64,000 bases of DNA from Prevotella sp. Its GTDB lineage: Bacteria > Bacteroidota > Bacteroidia > Bacteroidales > Dysgonomonadaceae. This document shows positions 27,075 to 36,740 of the stretch, piece by piece. The stretch is from contig JAITVV010000043.1 of the NCBI GenBank assembly GCA_031285625.1, forward strand, positions 64,001 through 128,000, in the 5' to 3' direction. A program made the translations under genes and the position numbers. Under the pieces are notes generated by a model that was given only the letters and a program-made list of their open reading frames with translations, was not told where the DNA came from and ran no database searches. Position 1 is the first letter of the stretch. Every line of letters starts with the position of its first letter.

Positions 27075-28436
27075 ATGGGAAAAATACAGGTCTCTCTTAT
27101 TTTTATAATATTGTTATTTTGCACAATTAGCTGTAACAATAAAGTCAGCAATTCTACTAAAGAACCAGCTAATGAAGAGTTGGTTATTACAGATGAAGCC
27201 CTACTTGATAGTGTACAACGCAGGACATTCAACTATTTTTGGGAAGGTGCTGAACCTGTGAGCGGAATGGCACGTGAACGGTATCATGTAGATGGAGACT
27301 ACGGACAACATGATAAGAACACAGTTACATCCGGAGGAAGCGGATTTGGCATTATGGCTATTATTGCCGGAATAGACAGGGGCTATGTGACGCGTGAACA
27401 AGGTCTGGAGAGACTGACTAAAATAGTTAGTTTCCTCGAAAAAGCAGATTCTTTTCACGGCGTTTTCCCGCACTGGTGGAATGGAGAAACCGGAAAAGTA
27501 GTAGGCTTTAGTGATAGAGACAACGGAGGTGACCTTGTGGAAACTTCATTCCTATTGCAAGGATTACTAGCAGTGCATCAATACTACATAAGTGGCTCAG
27601 CTGCAGAAAAAGCACTTGCATCCCGTATAGATAAAATATGGCGTAATGTAGACTGGAACTGGCACCGTAACGGACAAAACGTTCTATACTGGCACTGGAG
27701 CCCGAATCACTCATGGGAAATGAATTTCCCTATTCGCGGATACAATGAGTGTCTTATCACATATATTCTGGCTGCATGTTCCCCAACACATGGGGTTCCG
27801 GCGGAGGTCTATCACGAAGGTTGGGGCGAAAATGGAAAAATCATCGCACCACATGAGTTAGAAGGCTATAACTTAAATATGCGCTATCAAAGCAACACTG
27901 GTATCGGTCCCCTATTCTGGGCGCATTATTCATTTCTGGGGCTAAATCCAACCGGATTGAAAGATAAATATGCCAATTATTATCAGGAAATGAAAAACTA
28001 TACCCTGATAAATAGAGACTATTGCATACGCAATCCAAAAGGATTTAAAGGATACGGTGAAAATTGCTGGGGACTGACAGCAAGCTATTCAGTCAATGGA
28101 TATGCAGCTCACGAACCATCTGAACATGGTGACATGGGAGTAATTTCACCTACAGCCGCACTGTCATCTATTGTATATACACCTGAAGAATCAATCAAAG
28201 TAATGCGGAACTTATATCGTATGGGAGATAAAGTATGGGGGCAATATGGTTTCTACGATGCATTTAGTGAAACGGACAATTGGTACCCACAACGTTACCT
28301 AGCCATTGATCAAGGGCCAATAGCTGTCATGATAGAGAATTACCGTTCTCAATTACTTTGGAAACTCTTCATGAGCCATCCGGATGTTCAGAAAGGATTG
28401 AAAAAACTCGGTTTTACATCTCCCTCATTAAATTAA
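27075..28436 (+). CDS. GH144 endo-beta-1,2-glucanase ('glucoamylase family') lipoprotein
   Basis: SGMARER, TSGGSGFG, GGDLVETS, GYNECLI, GPLFWAHYS, YGFYDAF, YLAIDQGP. Confidence 0.88.
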   Translation: MGKIQVSLIFIILLFCTISCNNKVSNSTKEPANEELVITDEALLDSVQRRTFNYFWEGAEPVSGMARERYHVDGDYGQHDKNTVTSGGSGFGIMAIIAGIDRGYVTREQGLERLTKIVSFLEKADSFHGVFPHWWNGETGKVVGFSDRDNGGDLVETSFLLQGLLAVHQYYISGSAAEKALASRIDKIWRNVDWNWHRNGQNVLYWHWSPNHSWEMNFPIRGYNECLITYILAACSPTHGVPAEVYHEGWGENGKIIAPHELEGYNLNMRYQSNTGIGPLFWAHYSFLGLNPTGLKDKYANYYQEMKNYTLINRDYCIRNPKGFKGYGENCWGLTASYSVNGYAAHEPSEHGDMGVISPTAALSSIVYTPEESIKVMRNLYRMGDKVWGQYGFYDAFSETDNWYPQRYLAIDQGPIAVMIENYRSQLLWKLFMSHPDVQKGLKKLGFTSPSLN

Positions 28437-28445
28437 ATACTTTCG

Positions 28446-28484
28446 TAGTCTAAAGGTTATGTCTATAACCTTTAGACTATTTTT
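28446..28484 (+). terminator. Intrinsic terminator after GH144
   Basis: TAGTCTAAAGGTTAT-gtct-ATAACCTTTAGACTA followed by TTTTT. Confidence 0.85.
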
Positions 28485-28609
28485 CAATTATGCCATGATA
28501 TCCTCCAAGCAAGACACCTCATCATTCTACCACATATATAAAGCATCGAATCACCATAAACCGGAGTATTATAATTATCTTTAGAACTGCAATCTCAAAA
28601 GTAATAATT

Positions 28610-29374
28610 ATGAAAAAAAGTATTTTCACACTTATCTTCCTCATCTTCTCCTTATTTAGCTATGCTCAGTTCAAGAATGCGTCATTTATGATAAATGGGT
28701 ATACTTTACCATATCAAATCATGTATCCGGAGAACTATGATGAAACAAAAGCATATCCTTTAGTTGTATTCCTTCACGGGGCAGGAGAACGGGGCAATGA
28801 CAATCAAAAACAGCTAACACATGGAAAGCAATTCCTTATTGATAATTTCCACCTTGCACATCCATCTATAGTAATAGCACCACAATGCCCTACTGATAGC
28901 TATTGGGCAAACGTAATGCGTCATCAGATAGATAATAAAATGACTTTAACTTTTGGTGTTTCAGATAGCCCCACTCAACCGATGAATACCCTCATGGCAC
29001 TCATTCAATATTGGCTTTCTTCAGAAAAGATAGATACAGGAAAAGTATATGTAGGAGGACTATCAATGGGAGGTATGGGCACTTTAGAACTACTGTGGCG
29101 AATGCCCCGGACATTTACAGCAGCTTTTCCGATATGTGGAGGAGCTGACTTAAGCAAGCTTTCATTATATGCAAAGAATACTGCTGTATGGATTTTCCAT
29201 GGTAGTGATGATTCTGTTGTTCCTGCACAAAATTCGAGAGACATATATAAAAACCTGAAAGAATTGGGATGTGATACAGAATATACAGAATACGAAGGAG
29301 TTAATCACAACAGTTGGGACAATGCATTTCAAGAAAAAGATTTAGCTACGTGGCTATTCACACATACTAAATAG
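28610..29374 (+). CDS. Secreted alpha/beta-hydrolase (esterase/peptidase S9-like)
   Basis: LVVFLHGAGERG, GLSMGG nucleophile elbow, FHGSDDSVV, HNSW. Confidence 0.85.
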   Translation: MKKSIFTLIFLIFSLFSYAQFKNASFMINGYTLPYQIMYPENYDETKAYPLVVFLHGAGERGNDNQKQLTHGKQFLIDNFHLAHPSIVIAPQCPTDSYWANVMRHQIDNKMTLTFGVSDSPTQPMNTLMALIQYWLSSEKIDTGKVYVGGLSMGGMGTLELLWRMPRTFTAAFPICGGADLSKLSLYAKNTAVWIFHGSDDSVVPAQNSRDIYKNLKELGCDTEYTEYEGVNHNSWDNAFQEKDLATWLFTHTK

Positions 29375-29425
29375 AGATTGGATTGGTTATCACAGTTAAT
29401 AGGTAGATTAAGGTTAAATTAGCTC

Positions 29426-29469
29426 AAAGAAAAGACCGCACAATGACAATGTCAGAGTGTGGTCTCTTT
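29426..29469. terminator. Probable bidirectional terminator between esterase and tyrA
   Basis: AGACCGCAC...GTGTGGTCT stem flanked by A-rich and T-rich tracts. Confidence 0.55.
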
Positions 29470-29486
29470 ATTTAAATCTTTATCGG

Positions 29487-30269
29487 TTATCCTTTTTCAG
29501 CAATATTACCTCTTACTTTAGTCAAAAATTTAAGCATCCCGGCACTATCTTTTTTCTCAATGATCTCTAAAAGATGTTTCAATTCAGCACGAATCCCTTC
29601 TACCTGAGCCGGAGTATATGGGTTGAAAAGAATTTCAGTCAAAAGAAAATCATCTTCAGACAGAAGCCCTTTTGCAATATTCATATGACGCTTAAATGTT
29701 GTACCGGGCGCATCCTGGTGTTTCATTACAGAAGCAAAGACAAGTGTAGATGCAAATGGTATGGACAGGGAATAAGCAATGGTTTCGTCATGCTCCTCAA
29801 ATGTGTATTCAAATACATTCAATTTGAGACTGCTGTATAAATCTTTAAAGAATATCTTCCCCCAATGATTTGACTCTGATATCACAATCGCACTCTGAGT
29901 ACTTAAGTCAGTCAAGTTAGCAAATGTAGGGCCAAACATCGGATGTGTAGAAGCAAAGGGCCGTCCGGTCTTCTGATAAAATTCTCTCAATCCGGTTTTT
30001 ACAGAGGCAATATCGGATAATATACATGCCTCATCCAGATAAGGGAGGACCATTTCAAAAGCCTGAATTGTATATTTCACAGTTGCAGCATTAATAACGA
30101 TTTCCGGATTAAATTCCTTTATCTCTTCCGGATTACTCATCCTCACCACATTATAGACAAACCGAAGACGTTTTGGATCTATATCGAAAACAGCAACTTC
30201 ATGATCGAAGCTCAATACATCTGTAAAAAAGGAACCCATCTTTCCGGCTCCAAGTATCAATATTTTCAT
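29487..30269 (-). CDS. tyrA: Prephenate/arogenate dehydrogenase
   Basis: MKILILGAGKMG Rossmann fold, SDIASVK, STHPMFGP, EEHDETIA. ATG at 30269. Confidence 0.9.
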   Translation of the reverse strand: MKILILGAGKMGSFFTDVLSFDHEVAVFDIDPKRLRFVYNVVRMSNPEEIKEFNPEIVINAATVKYTIQAFEMVLPYLDEACILSDIASVKTGLREFYQKTGRPFASTHPMFGPTFANLTDLSTQSAIVISESNHWGKIFFKDLYSSLKLNVFEYTFEEHDETIAYSLSIPFASTLVFASVMKHQDAPGTTFKRHMNIAKGLLSEDDFLLTEILFNPYTPAQVEGIRAELKHLLEIIEKKDSAGMLKFLTKVRGNIAEKG

Positions 30270-30289
30270 CTCTGTATTTTTAATTCGTG

Positions 30290-30297
30290 CAAAGATA
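30290..30297 (-). promoter_or_regulatory. -7 promoter element of tyrA
   Basis: TATCTTTG on the minus strand, about 20 nt upstream of the ATG and downstream of the fusA2 terminator. Confidence 0.65.
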
Positions 30298-30340
30298 CAA
30301 GATTGAAGGGAATCTTGGTCTATTTTTTCCTTATATAAAG

Positions 30341-30368
30341 AAAAAGCCGGCAAATAAATTTGCCGGCT
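30341..30368 (-). terminator. Intrinsic terminator of fusA2
   Basis: AGCCGGCAAAT/ATTTGCCGGCT inverted repeat with a T run on the minus strand. Confidence 0.85.
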
Positions 30369-30389
30369 CTATAAATATTCCAGATAATA

Positions 30390-32549
30390 TTAATCTTCGT
30401 CTTTCTGACTAGCTTCGTATTCTTTCAATAGCTTGTCCTGAACGTCGGAAGGGACAAGTTCATAACTTGCAAACTTCATCGTAAACGACGCACGACCTCC
30501 GGTTAACGAACTAAGTGAAATAGAATAGTTTGACATTTCTTTCAATGGTACTTTAGCATTTAATATCTCTATACCTTTATCACTTTCCATACCCATAATC
30601 ATGGCGCGACGATTTTGAAGATCACCCATTACATCACCCATCCTATCTGACGGAACGGATACAACTACATCATACACAGGCTCAAGAATCTTAGGACCTG
30701 CATTCTTAAATGCCTCGCTGAACGCATTACGTCCTGCCAGCATAAATGAGATTTCATTAGAATCTACCGGGTGCATCTTACCATCATAAACTACTACGCG
30801 TACATCACGGGCATATGAGCCGGTTAAAGGCCCTTGCTCGAGACGCGACATAATACCTTTGAGGATTGCAGGCAGGAAGCGGGCATCGATCGATCCACCG
30901 ACGATACTACTTACAAAAACCAGTTTACCTCCCCAATCTAAATCATAGACCTGAGTATCACGTGCCTGCACTTTAAACTCCTGTCCATTAAACTTATATG
31001 TTTCAGGCATTGGCATACCTTCAGTATAAGGCTCTACAACCAGATGTACTTCACCGAACTGTCCGGCACCACCCGATTGTTTCTTATGGCGATAATCGGC
31101 ACGTGCAGCTTTAGTGATCGTTTCACGATAAGGAATTTTCGGTTCTGAGAAGACAATCGAAATTTTATCGTTGTTTTCTATCCTCCATTTCAACGTTTTA
31201 AGATGGAACTCACCTTGTCCCGATACTATAAGTTGTTTCAATTCCTTCGAATTCTCAATAACCCATGTCGGATCTTCCTCACGCATACGCTGCAATACTT
31301 CATTCATTTTTTCAGTATCTTTCTCATTTTCAGCCTTAATTGCGCGACGGTATTTAGGATCAGGATATTTTATAAAATTGAACTTATTATCAACTCCCTT
31401 TGCATTCAATGTATTACCAGTACGAACATCTTTTAGTTTCACAGCTGCCCCGATATCTCCGGCAACAAGTTCTTCCACCTTTGTCCGTTGCTGCCCTGCC
31501 GGACAGAATATTTGTCCCATTCGTTCTTTAGAGCCCCTGTCTGCATTCAGTAAATCATCACCTTCATGTACTTTACCACTCATCACCTTGAAGTAAGAAA
31601 CTTCACCGACGTGCGGTTCCACTGTGGTTTTAAAGAAAAAGAGACTGGTTGGAGCATCCGATTCCGGTTTTATTTCCACCCCATTAGTATTTATTGGAGC
31701 TGGTAAATCGCGAACATAAGGAACTACATTACCAAGGAACTCCATTGTACGGCGTACACACATATCTTTTTCAGCAGACACACAGAATATTGGATACAGG
31801 TCTCTGTGAACCAATCCCCAACGGATACCCATACGCATCTCGTCTTCTGTAAGAGTTCCCTGATCAAAGAATTTCTCCATCAAAGATTCTTCATTTTCTG
31901 CAGCTGCCTCTACTAATTTCTGTTTTAGTTCTTTTGCTTTTTCCCTTTCTTCATCAGGGATATCAAGCACCTCAGGAGCTCCGCCTTCCGGCTTCCACCT
32001 GAGCATTTTATATTTTAAAATATCAATAACAGCATTAAAGCCTTCCCCACAGTTGATGGGATATTGTATCAAAACTGCTTTTTCACCATATTCGGCTTTC
32101 AGTTGTGATACTACATTGTCAAAATCAGCTTTTGGATGATCCAGCTGATTAACAATAAATATAACAGGTTTCTGTAATTTATGAGTATATCTTAATTGAT
32201 TAATAGTACCCACTTCCATACCATACTGGGCATTGAGTACCATGAGTGCAGTATCTGTCACATTAAGTGATGTAACTACGTTTCCTACAAAGTCATCTGA
32301 TCCCGGACAATCGATAAAATTCAGTTTGCGATTCATCCATTCCACAGAGAAAATGCTGGAAAAAACAGAATAACCGTATTCTTTTTCCACAGGGAAATAG
32401 TCCGAGACTGTATTTCCGTCTTTCACACTTCCTCTGCGTTTTATGACGCCAGCTTCATAGAGCATGGCCTCGGCGAGAGTGGTTTTGCCCGCTCCCGAAC
32501 TACCAAGAATAGCTATATTCTTGATTTCTTGAGTTTGGTAAGTTTTCAT
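30390..32549 (-). CDS. fusA2: Elongation factor G paralog EF-G2
   Basis: EF-G architecture (GAGKTT, GQGEFHL, YRETI, KKQSGGAGQFG, HPVDS) with divergent G motifs (YGYSV, DCPGS, NQLD) and a domain IV insertion. Confidence 0.88.
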   Translation of the reverse strand: MKTYQTQEIKNIAILGSSGAGKTTLAEAMLYEAGVIKRRGSVKDGNTVSDYFPVEKEYGYSVFSSIFSVEWMNRKLNFIDCPGSDDFVGNVVTSLNVTDTALMVLNAQYGMEVGTINQLRYTHKLQKPVIFIVNQLDHPKADFDNVVSQLKAEYGEKAVLIQYPINCGEGFNAVIDILKYKMLRWKPEGGAPEVLDIPDEEREKAKELKQKLVEAAAENEESLMEKFFDQGTLTEDEMRMGIRWGLVHRDLYPIFCVSAEKDMCVRRTMEFLGNVVPYVRDLPAPINTNGVEIKPESDAPTSLFFFKTTVEPHVGEVSYFKVMSGKVHEGDDLLNADRGSKERMGQIFCPAGQQRTKVEELVAGDIGAAVKLKDVRTGNTLNAKGVDNKFNFIKYPDPKYRRAIKAENEKDTEKMNEVLQRMREEDPTWVIENSKELKQLIVSGQGEFHLKTLKWRIENNDKISIVFSEPKIPYRETITKAARADYRHKKQSGGAGQFGEVHLVVEPYTEGMPMPETYKFNGQEFKVQARDTQVYDLDWGGKLVFVSSIVGGSIDARFLPAILKGIMSRLEQGPLTGSYARDVRVVVYDGKMHPVDSNEISFMLAGRNAFSEAFKNAGPKILEPVYDVVVSVPSDRMGDVMGDLQNRRAMIMGMESDKGIEILNAKVPLKEMSNYSISLSSLTGGRASFTMKFASYELVPSDVQDKLLKEYEASQKDED

Positions 32550-32623
32550 GGCCTAAATGTTTTTACAGGTTAATAATAATTTAGCTTTTTACCAAAATAC
32601 TCCAAATTTTGGAGCACTGTTTT

Positions 32624-32631
32624 CAAAATTA
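32624..32631 (-). promoter_or_regulatory. -7 promoter element of fusA2
   Basis: TAATTTTG on the minus strand about 75 nt upstream of the ATG. Confidence 0.55.
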
Positions 32632-32732
32632 GTGAAATGTTCTGATGATATAGCAAAAAAATACATGTTATTTAGTTATAAAAAATTAACATGAAAGAAA
32701 AATATTCAGAATATCTAAATCCGCCCGTTCAC

Positions 32733-32778
32733 AATAATAAGAAACTACAGATATCAATATCTGTAGTTTCTTATTATT
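32733..32778 (-). terminator. 22-bp perfect inverted repeat ending the GH3-GH95-GH3-GH43 unit
   Basis: AATAATAAGAAACTACAGATAT-ca-ATATCTGTAGTTTCTTATTATT. Confidence 0.75.
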
Positions 32779-32797
32779 TGAGGTAGAATATGTTCTA

Positions 32798-34384
32798 TTA
32801 TTTCGCACTATAGTCGAACCAGTCATAATATGCCTTGGCATTACTTGACTTACCATTCGATGAAGCATATAGTCCAATCATTACCCCGGTGAATCCTCCG
32901 GCAACCTCAGTGCTAAGATAGCGGGTATCCAGCTTACCCAACTCACTATATTGATTGCTATCAGCCTCTGAGCAATAAAAAGAGTAATTAGTAGGATTAC
33001 CTTCAATTTTCAGCTTCACCTTATTTCCTTTTATTTGTTTCTCCCCGGCAATATATGAGAGTGAGCCTACATGCACTCTCAGCTGAGCAATATATTGTCC
33101 ATTAACTTTTTTTATTATAAAATCGTAATGATGAGTATTATTCTGAATCAATGTCATTCCGGCTTCCTCATTTTCGGCAGAAGAGTCGAATTGCAAAAGG
33201 GTCTCCGCAATGAAATCATGCTCAGTCTGTCTACGGCAAACAAAAGACACAGATTCTGTTTCATTTAACGTATATGGTGACGTGCTTATTCTCAACCAAC
33301 CTTTCTTATCTGTCAGTGAATAGTTCTCCCTTATCGGATTACGTAAATATTGCCATTCAAAACCAAGCTTATCCCCATCGAAATTTGTACGGATATCTGC
33401 TTTCGGGAAAGGATGTAAAGGAAGAGTAGGTACATTCATATTCAGAGCTACAGTACCGTCTCCGTTTACCTGTGGCCAACCGCCTTTGGGCCAGTCTACA
33501 GGAGCAAGGAAAGTCTCACGACCAAGCACATGATAATAAGCCCACTGATGTGTAACCCTGAATCCAAGAAATACCATCCACCATGAACCATCCTTAGCCT
33601 GTACCAGATCAGCATGTCCAACACCTTGTATCTGGTTTGCCTGCCCTCTGCGGTTAGCATGTGTCAATATCGGATTTAGCGGGCACGATTCATAAGGGCC
33701 ATTTATATTTTTACTGCGCCCGATTGTGGCACTATGCATATATTCAGTACCGCCTTCGCCCAACAGTAAATAATAATACCCGTCTTTCTTATAAATATGA
33801 GGAGCCTCAGGGAAGCGTCCACCGATACCGCCCCATACCAGCTGCTCAGGCCCAATAACCTTCCCTGTTTTTAAGTCCACTTCTGTTACACGGATACCTT
33901 CATTACCCTGTGTCACAAAGTATGTTTTACCATCTTCATCCCAGAAGATATCAGGATCTATGCTATCTATAGCGACCCAGATAGGTTCGCTCCACGGCCC
34001 GGCAGGATCAGTTGCCGTACAAAAGAAATTACCACCTCCGGACACATTTGTACATATAACATAAAATAACCCATCATGAAAACGTAAAGATGGGGCAAAC
34101 AAACCTCCCGAAGCAGGAGATTTATGCAAAGGGAGCTGTGAATCGCGTGTAAGGCAATGCCCTATTTGTTCCCAGTTAACAAGGTCTTTACTATGGTAGA
34201 TGGGCAAACCCGGAAAATATTCGAAAGACGATGTTACCAAATAAAAGTCATCTCCTACCCGGCAAATACTAGGATCGGGATTGAAGCCCGGAATTATAGG
34301 ATTCTTATACCCCGTTTGTGCAAATAACTGGATGGAGAATACTGTAAGGCAAACAATTGTTACTATTTTAAGGATGTTTCTCAT
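32798..34384 (-). CDS. GH43 alpha-L-arabinofuranosidase/beta-xylosidase with C-terminal beta-sandwich
   Basis: NPIIPGFNPDPSICR, SIDPD, PEAPH, GHADLV, GRETFL, GGFTG. Confidence 0.92.
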   Translation of the reverse strand: MRNILKIVTIVCLTVFSIQLFAQTGYKNPIIPGFNPDPSICRVGDDFYLVTSSFEYFPGLPIYHSKDLVNWEQIGHCLTRDSQLPLHKSPASGGLFAPSLRFHDGLFYVICTNVSGGGNFFCTATDPAGPWSEPIWVAIDSIDPDIFWDEDGKTYFVTQGNEGIRVTEVDLKTGKVIGPEQLVWGGIGGRFPEAPHIYKKDGYYYLLLGEGGTEYMHSATIGRSKNINGPYESCPLNPILTHANRRGQANQIQGVGHADLVQAKDGSWWMVFLGFRVTHQWAYYHVLGRETFLAPVDWPKGGWPQVNGDGTVALNMNVPTLPLHPFPKADIRTNFDGDKLGFEWQYLRNPIRENYSLTDKKGWLRISTSPYTLNETESVSFVCRRQTEHDFIAETLLQFDSSAENEEAGMTLIQNNTHHYDFIIKKVNGQYIAQLRVHVGSLSYIAGEKQIKGNKVKLKIEGNPTNYSFYCSEADSNQYSELGKLDTRYLSTEVAGGFTGVMIGLYASSNGKSSNAKAYYDWFDYSAK

Positions 34385-34428
34385 GATTGTTACTTTTTGG
34401 ATATACTTATTATCAGCTATTTATACAG

Positions 34429-34478
34429 AAAAAGTAACAAAAGTGACACTTTTTACAACAGTTTATCTGTTACTTTTT
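34429..34478 (-). repeat. Intergenic REP-like element, copy B
   Basis: Minus strand reads AAAAAGTAACAGATAAACTGTTGTAAAAAGTGTCACTTTTGTTACTTTTT; self-complementary ends; similar to 6928-6988. Confidence 0.65.
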
Positions 34479-34515
34479 CCGTATGGTAAAGTTTATAGCT
34501 TATATATAGATAATT

Positions 34516-36717
34516 CTATTTTACATTTACTGTTACCGAACTTTTTATATCGGCAGAAGATGCAGCACAATGTAGAGTGAATTTGTCCGATTCCACTTTC
34601 CAGTCGTGTGCCTTGTCATCAAAGAAGGCAAGGTCTTTTACAGGTACAGATAATTCCACATTCCGGGTTTCCCCTGCTTTCAGGAAAACCTTCTTAAATG
34701 CTTTCAATTCCTTAGCAGGACGTTCCAATGACGGCTTCGCTTGTGATGCGTATATCTGTACAGATTCAGCACCATCCTTGCCTCCTTTATTCGTTAGTGT
34801 AAAGGATATTTTTATCACATCGTCCTTTCCATATTCCTTTTTGTCTGCTGATGCTTTTCCATATTCGAAAGTAGTATATGATAACCCATAGCCAAATGGA
34901 AACAGGGCAGGTATTTTCTTTGTATCGTGCCAACGGTAACCAACTAATATATCCTCCTTATATATTTGTTTTATACTATCACCAGGATAAGAAATTGTAC
35001 CGAACGACATAGCTCCGTTATCTTCCAGTTTTTTAGGAATACTGTATGGTAATTTTCCGGATGGGTTTACATCTCCGGCTATTACATTGGCAGTAGCATT
35101 GCCAGCTTCGGAACCAAGATACCAGGATTGCATAAGAGCTGGTACTTTATCAAGCCAGGGCATTGATACTGCATTACCACTCACAATGACAATTCCCATA
35201 TTTTTATTTACTTTCAATAGCTCATCTATCAGTTCATTCTGACCAAACGGCAGATCATAAGAAGTACGGTCACCACCTTCGCAATCCTGCTGATAGTTCT
35301 TGTTAAGGCCTCCAAAGAATAAAACGACATCTGCATCCTTAACTAAAGCCAGAGCTTCACGTTTCAGTGAATCGGCATTATAAGGCGATGGTACAAAATT
35401 ATCATATACAGTAGGGCCTGAGCCATACCCCATTGTATAGAATACTTTTTCAGCACCGTATTTAGATTTTAATCCTTCCAGAGGTGATACTTCTTTTTTT
35501 ACTTTAAGTTCGGAAGAACCTCCTCCCACAGTGAGAGAACGTGTTGCATTTTCTCCTATTACAACAATTTTATTATAACGACCTTTAGCTATCGGGAAAA
35601 AGTTGTCTGTATTCTTCATCAATACAATGCCCTGTTCTGCCACTTCACGGCTTACAGCGGCATGCTCTGGTGTAGCAAAGCTGCCAAACGGGCGATTCCT
35701 ATCCATATTTGTTCTGAAATTCAGACGCAATACTCTGCGAACCTTATCATCAAGAGTTGACATTGGCAGTTCCCCACTTTTCAGCATTCTCAGATAGGGT
35801 TGTGCCAGATAGTAGTTATCATAAGCAAAGCTTTCACCCCATGTGAGACCATTTGTCCATGTTCCCATTTCCACATCGAGACCATATAGAGCAGCTTCGC
35901 GGGTATCATGCGCACTACCCCAGTCCGTAACCACAATACCATCATACTTCCATTCTCCCTTCAGTATATGATTGATAAGTCTTTCGTGATGACTACAATA
36001 CTGTCCTCTGTATTTATTATATGATCCCATTATGGCCCATACACCACCTTCTTCCACACCCGCTTTGAATGCAGGTAAATAAATTTCATATAAGGCTCTG
36101 TCACTAACTTCAACATCGATATGTCCTCTCCATAACTCCTGATTATTCAAAGCAAAATGTTTCATTGTAGCGGCTACTCCATTTTGCTGTACTCCTTTTA
36201 TAAAAGGTACAACCATTTTCGAAGCCAGGTAAGGATCTTCACCCATATATTCGAAGTTACGTCCGTTCATAGGGGTACGATATATATTAACACCGGGACC
36301 AAGAATCACATCTTTCTTTCTGAAACGTGATTCTTCCCCAAGCGCATTCCCATATTTAAGAGACAATTCGGGATTAAATGTTGCAGCCAGGCATGTTAAT
36401 GCAGGAAAAGCAGTACACGAATCGTTCGTCCATCCGGCATGATTCCATGTATCCCAGTCTATTTCCATACGTACACCATGCGGCCCGTCACTCATCCATA
36501 TTTCGGGAATACCTAAGCGTGGGACTCCGGGTGTACTGAATTTAGACTGAGCATGTATCATTGCTATCTTCTCTTCCAGTGTCATTCGTGACAGAGCATC
36601 TTCTATCCTAGTTTCCACAGGCTTACTATCATCCAGATAAACCGGAACTTGTTTGGATTGTCCATTAGCCTGTAATAAAAACAGACTGAATAATCCATAG
36701 AAAAATAATTTCTTCAT
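34516..36717 (-). CDS. GH3 beta-glucosidase
   Basis: SDGPHGVR, GRNFEYMGEDP, KHFALNNQE, VTDW, FPFGYGLSYTTF. Confidence 0.92.
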   Translation of the reverse strand: MKKLFFYGLFSLFLLQANGQSKQVPVYLDDSKPVETRIEDALSRMTLEEKIAMIHAQSKFSTPGVPRLGIPEIWMSDGPHGVRMEIDWDTWNHAGWTNDSCTAFPALTCLAATFNPELSLKYGNALGEESRFRKKDVILGPGVNIYRTPMNGRNFEYMGEDPYLASKMVVPFIKGVQQNGVAATMKHFALNNQELWRGHIDVEVSDRALYEIYLPAFKAGVEEGGVWAIMGSYNKYRGQYCSHHERLINHILKGEWKYDGIVVTDWGSAHDTREAALYGLDVEMGTWTNGLTWGESFAYDNYYLAQPYLRMLKSGELPMSTLDDKVRRVLRLNFRTNMDRNRPFGSFATPEHAAVSREVAEQGIVLMKNTDNFFPIAKGRYNKIVVIGENATRSLTVGGGSSELKVKKEVSPLEGLKSKYGAEKVFYTMGYGSGPTVYDNFVPSPYNADSLKREALALVKDADVVLFFGGLNKNYQQDCEGGDRTSYDLPFGQNELIDELLKVNKNMGIVIVSGNAVSMPWLDKVPALMQSWYLGSEAGNATANVIAGDVNPSGKLPYSIPKKLEDNGAMSFGTISYPGDSIKQIYKEDILVGYRWHDTKKIPALFPFGYGLSYTTFEYGKASADKKEYGKDDVIKISFTLTNKGGKDGAESVQIYASQAKPSLERPAKELKAFKKVFLKAGETRNVELSVPVKDLAFFDDKAHDWKVESDKFTLHCAASSADIKSSVTVNVK

Positions 36718-36740
36718 TTTTTCGCGTAATTGTTTAGTTT

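Noticed and set aside
32733-32778. 22-bp inverted repeat as a MITE or invertible-promoter repeat
   Set aside because: The arms are adjacent, no target duplication or recombinase is present, and the position after GH43 fits a terminator.
32640-32800. Cur/Crp-like site upstream of fusA2
   Set aside because: Only ATGTT half-matches in AT-rich DNA; no convincing palindrome.
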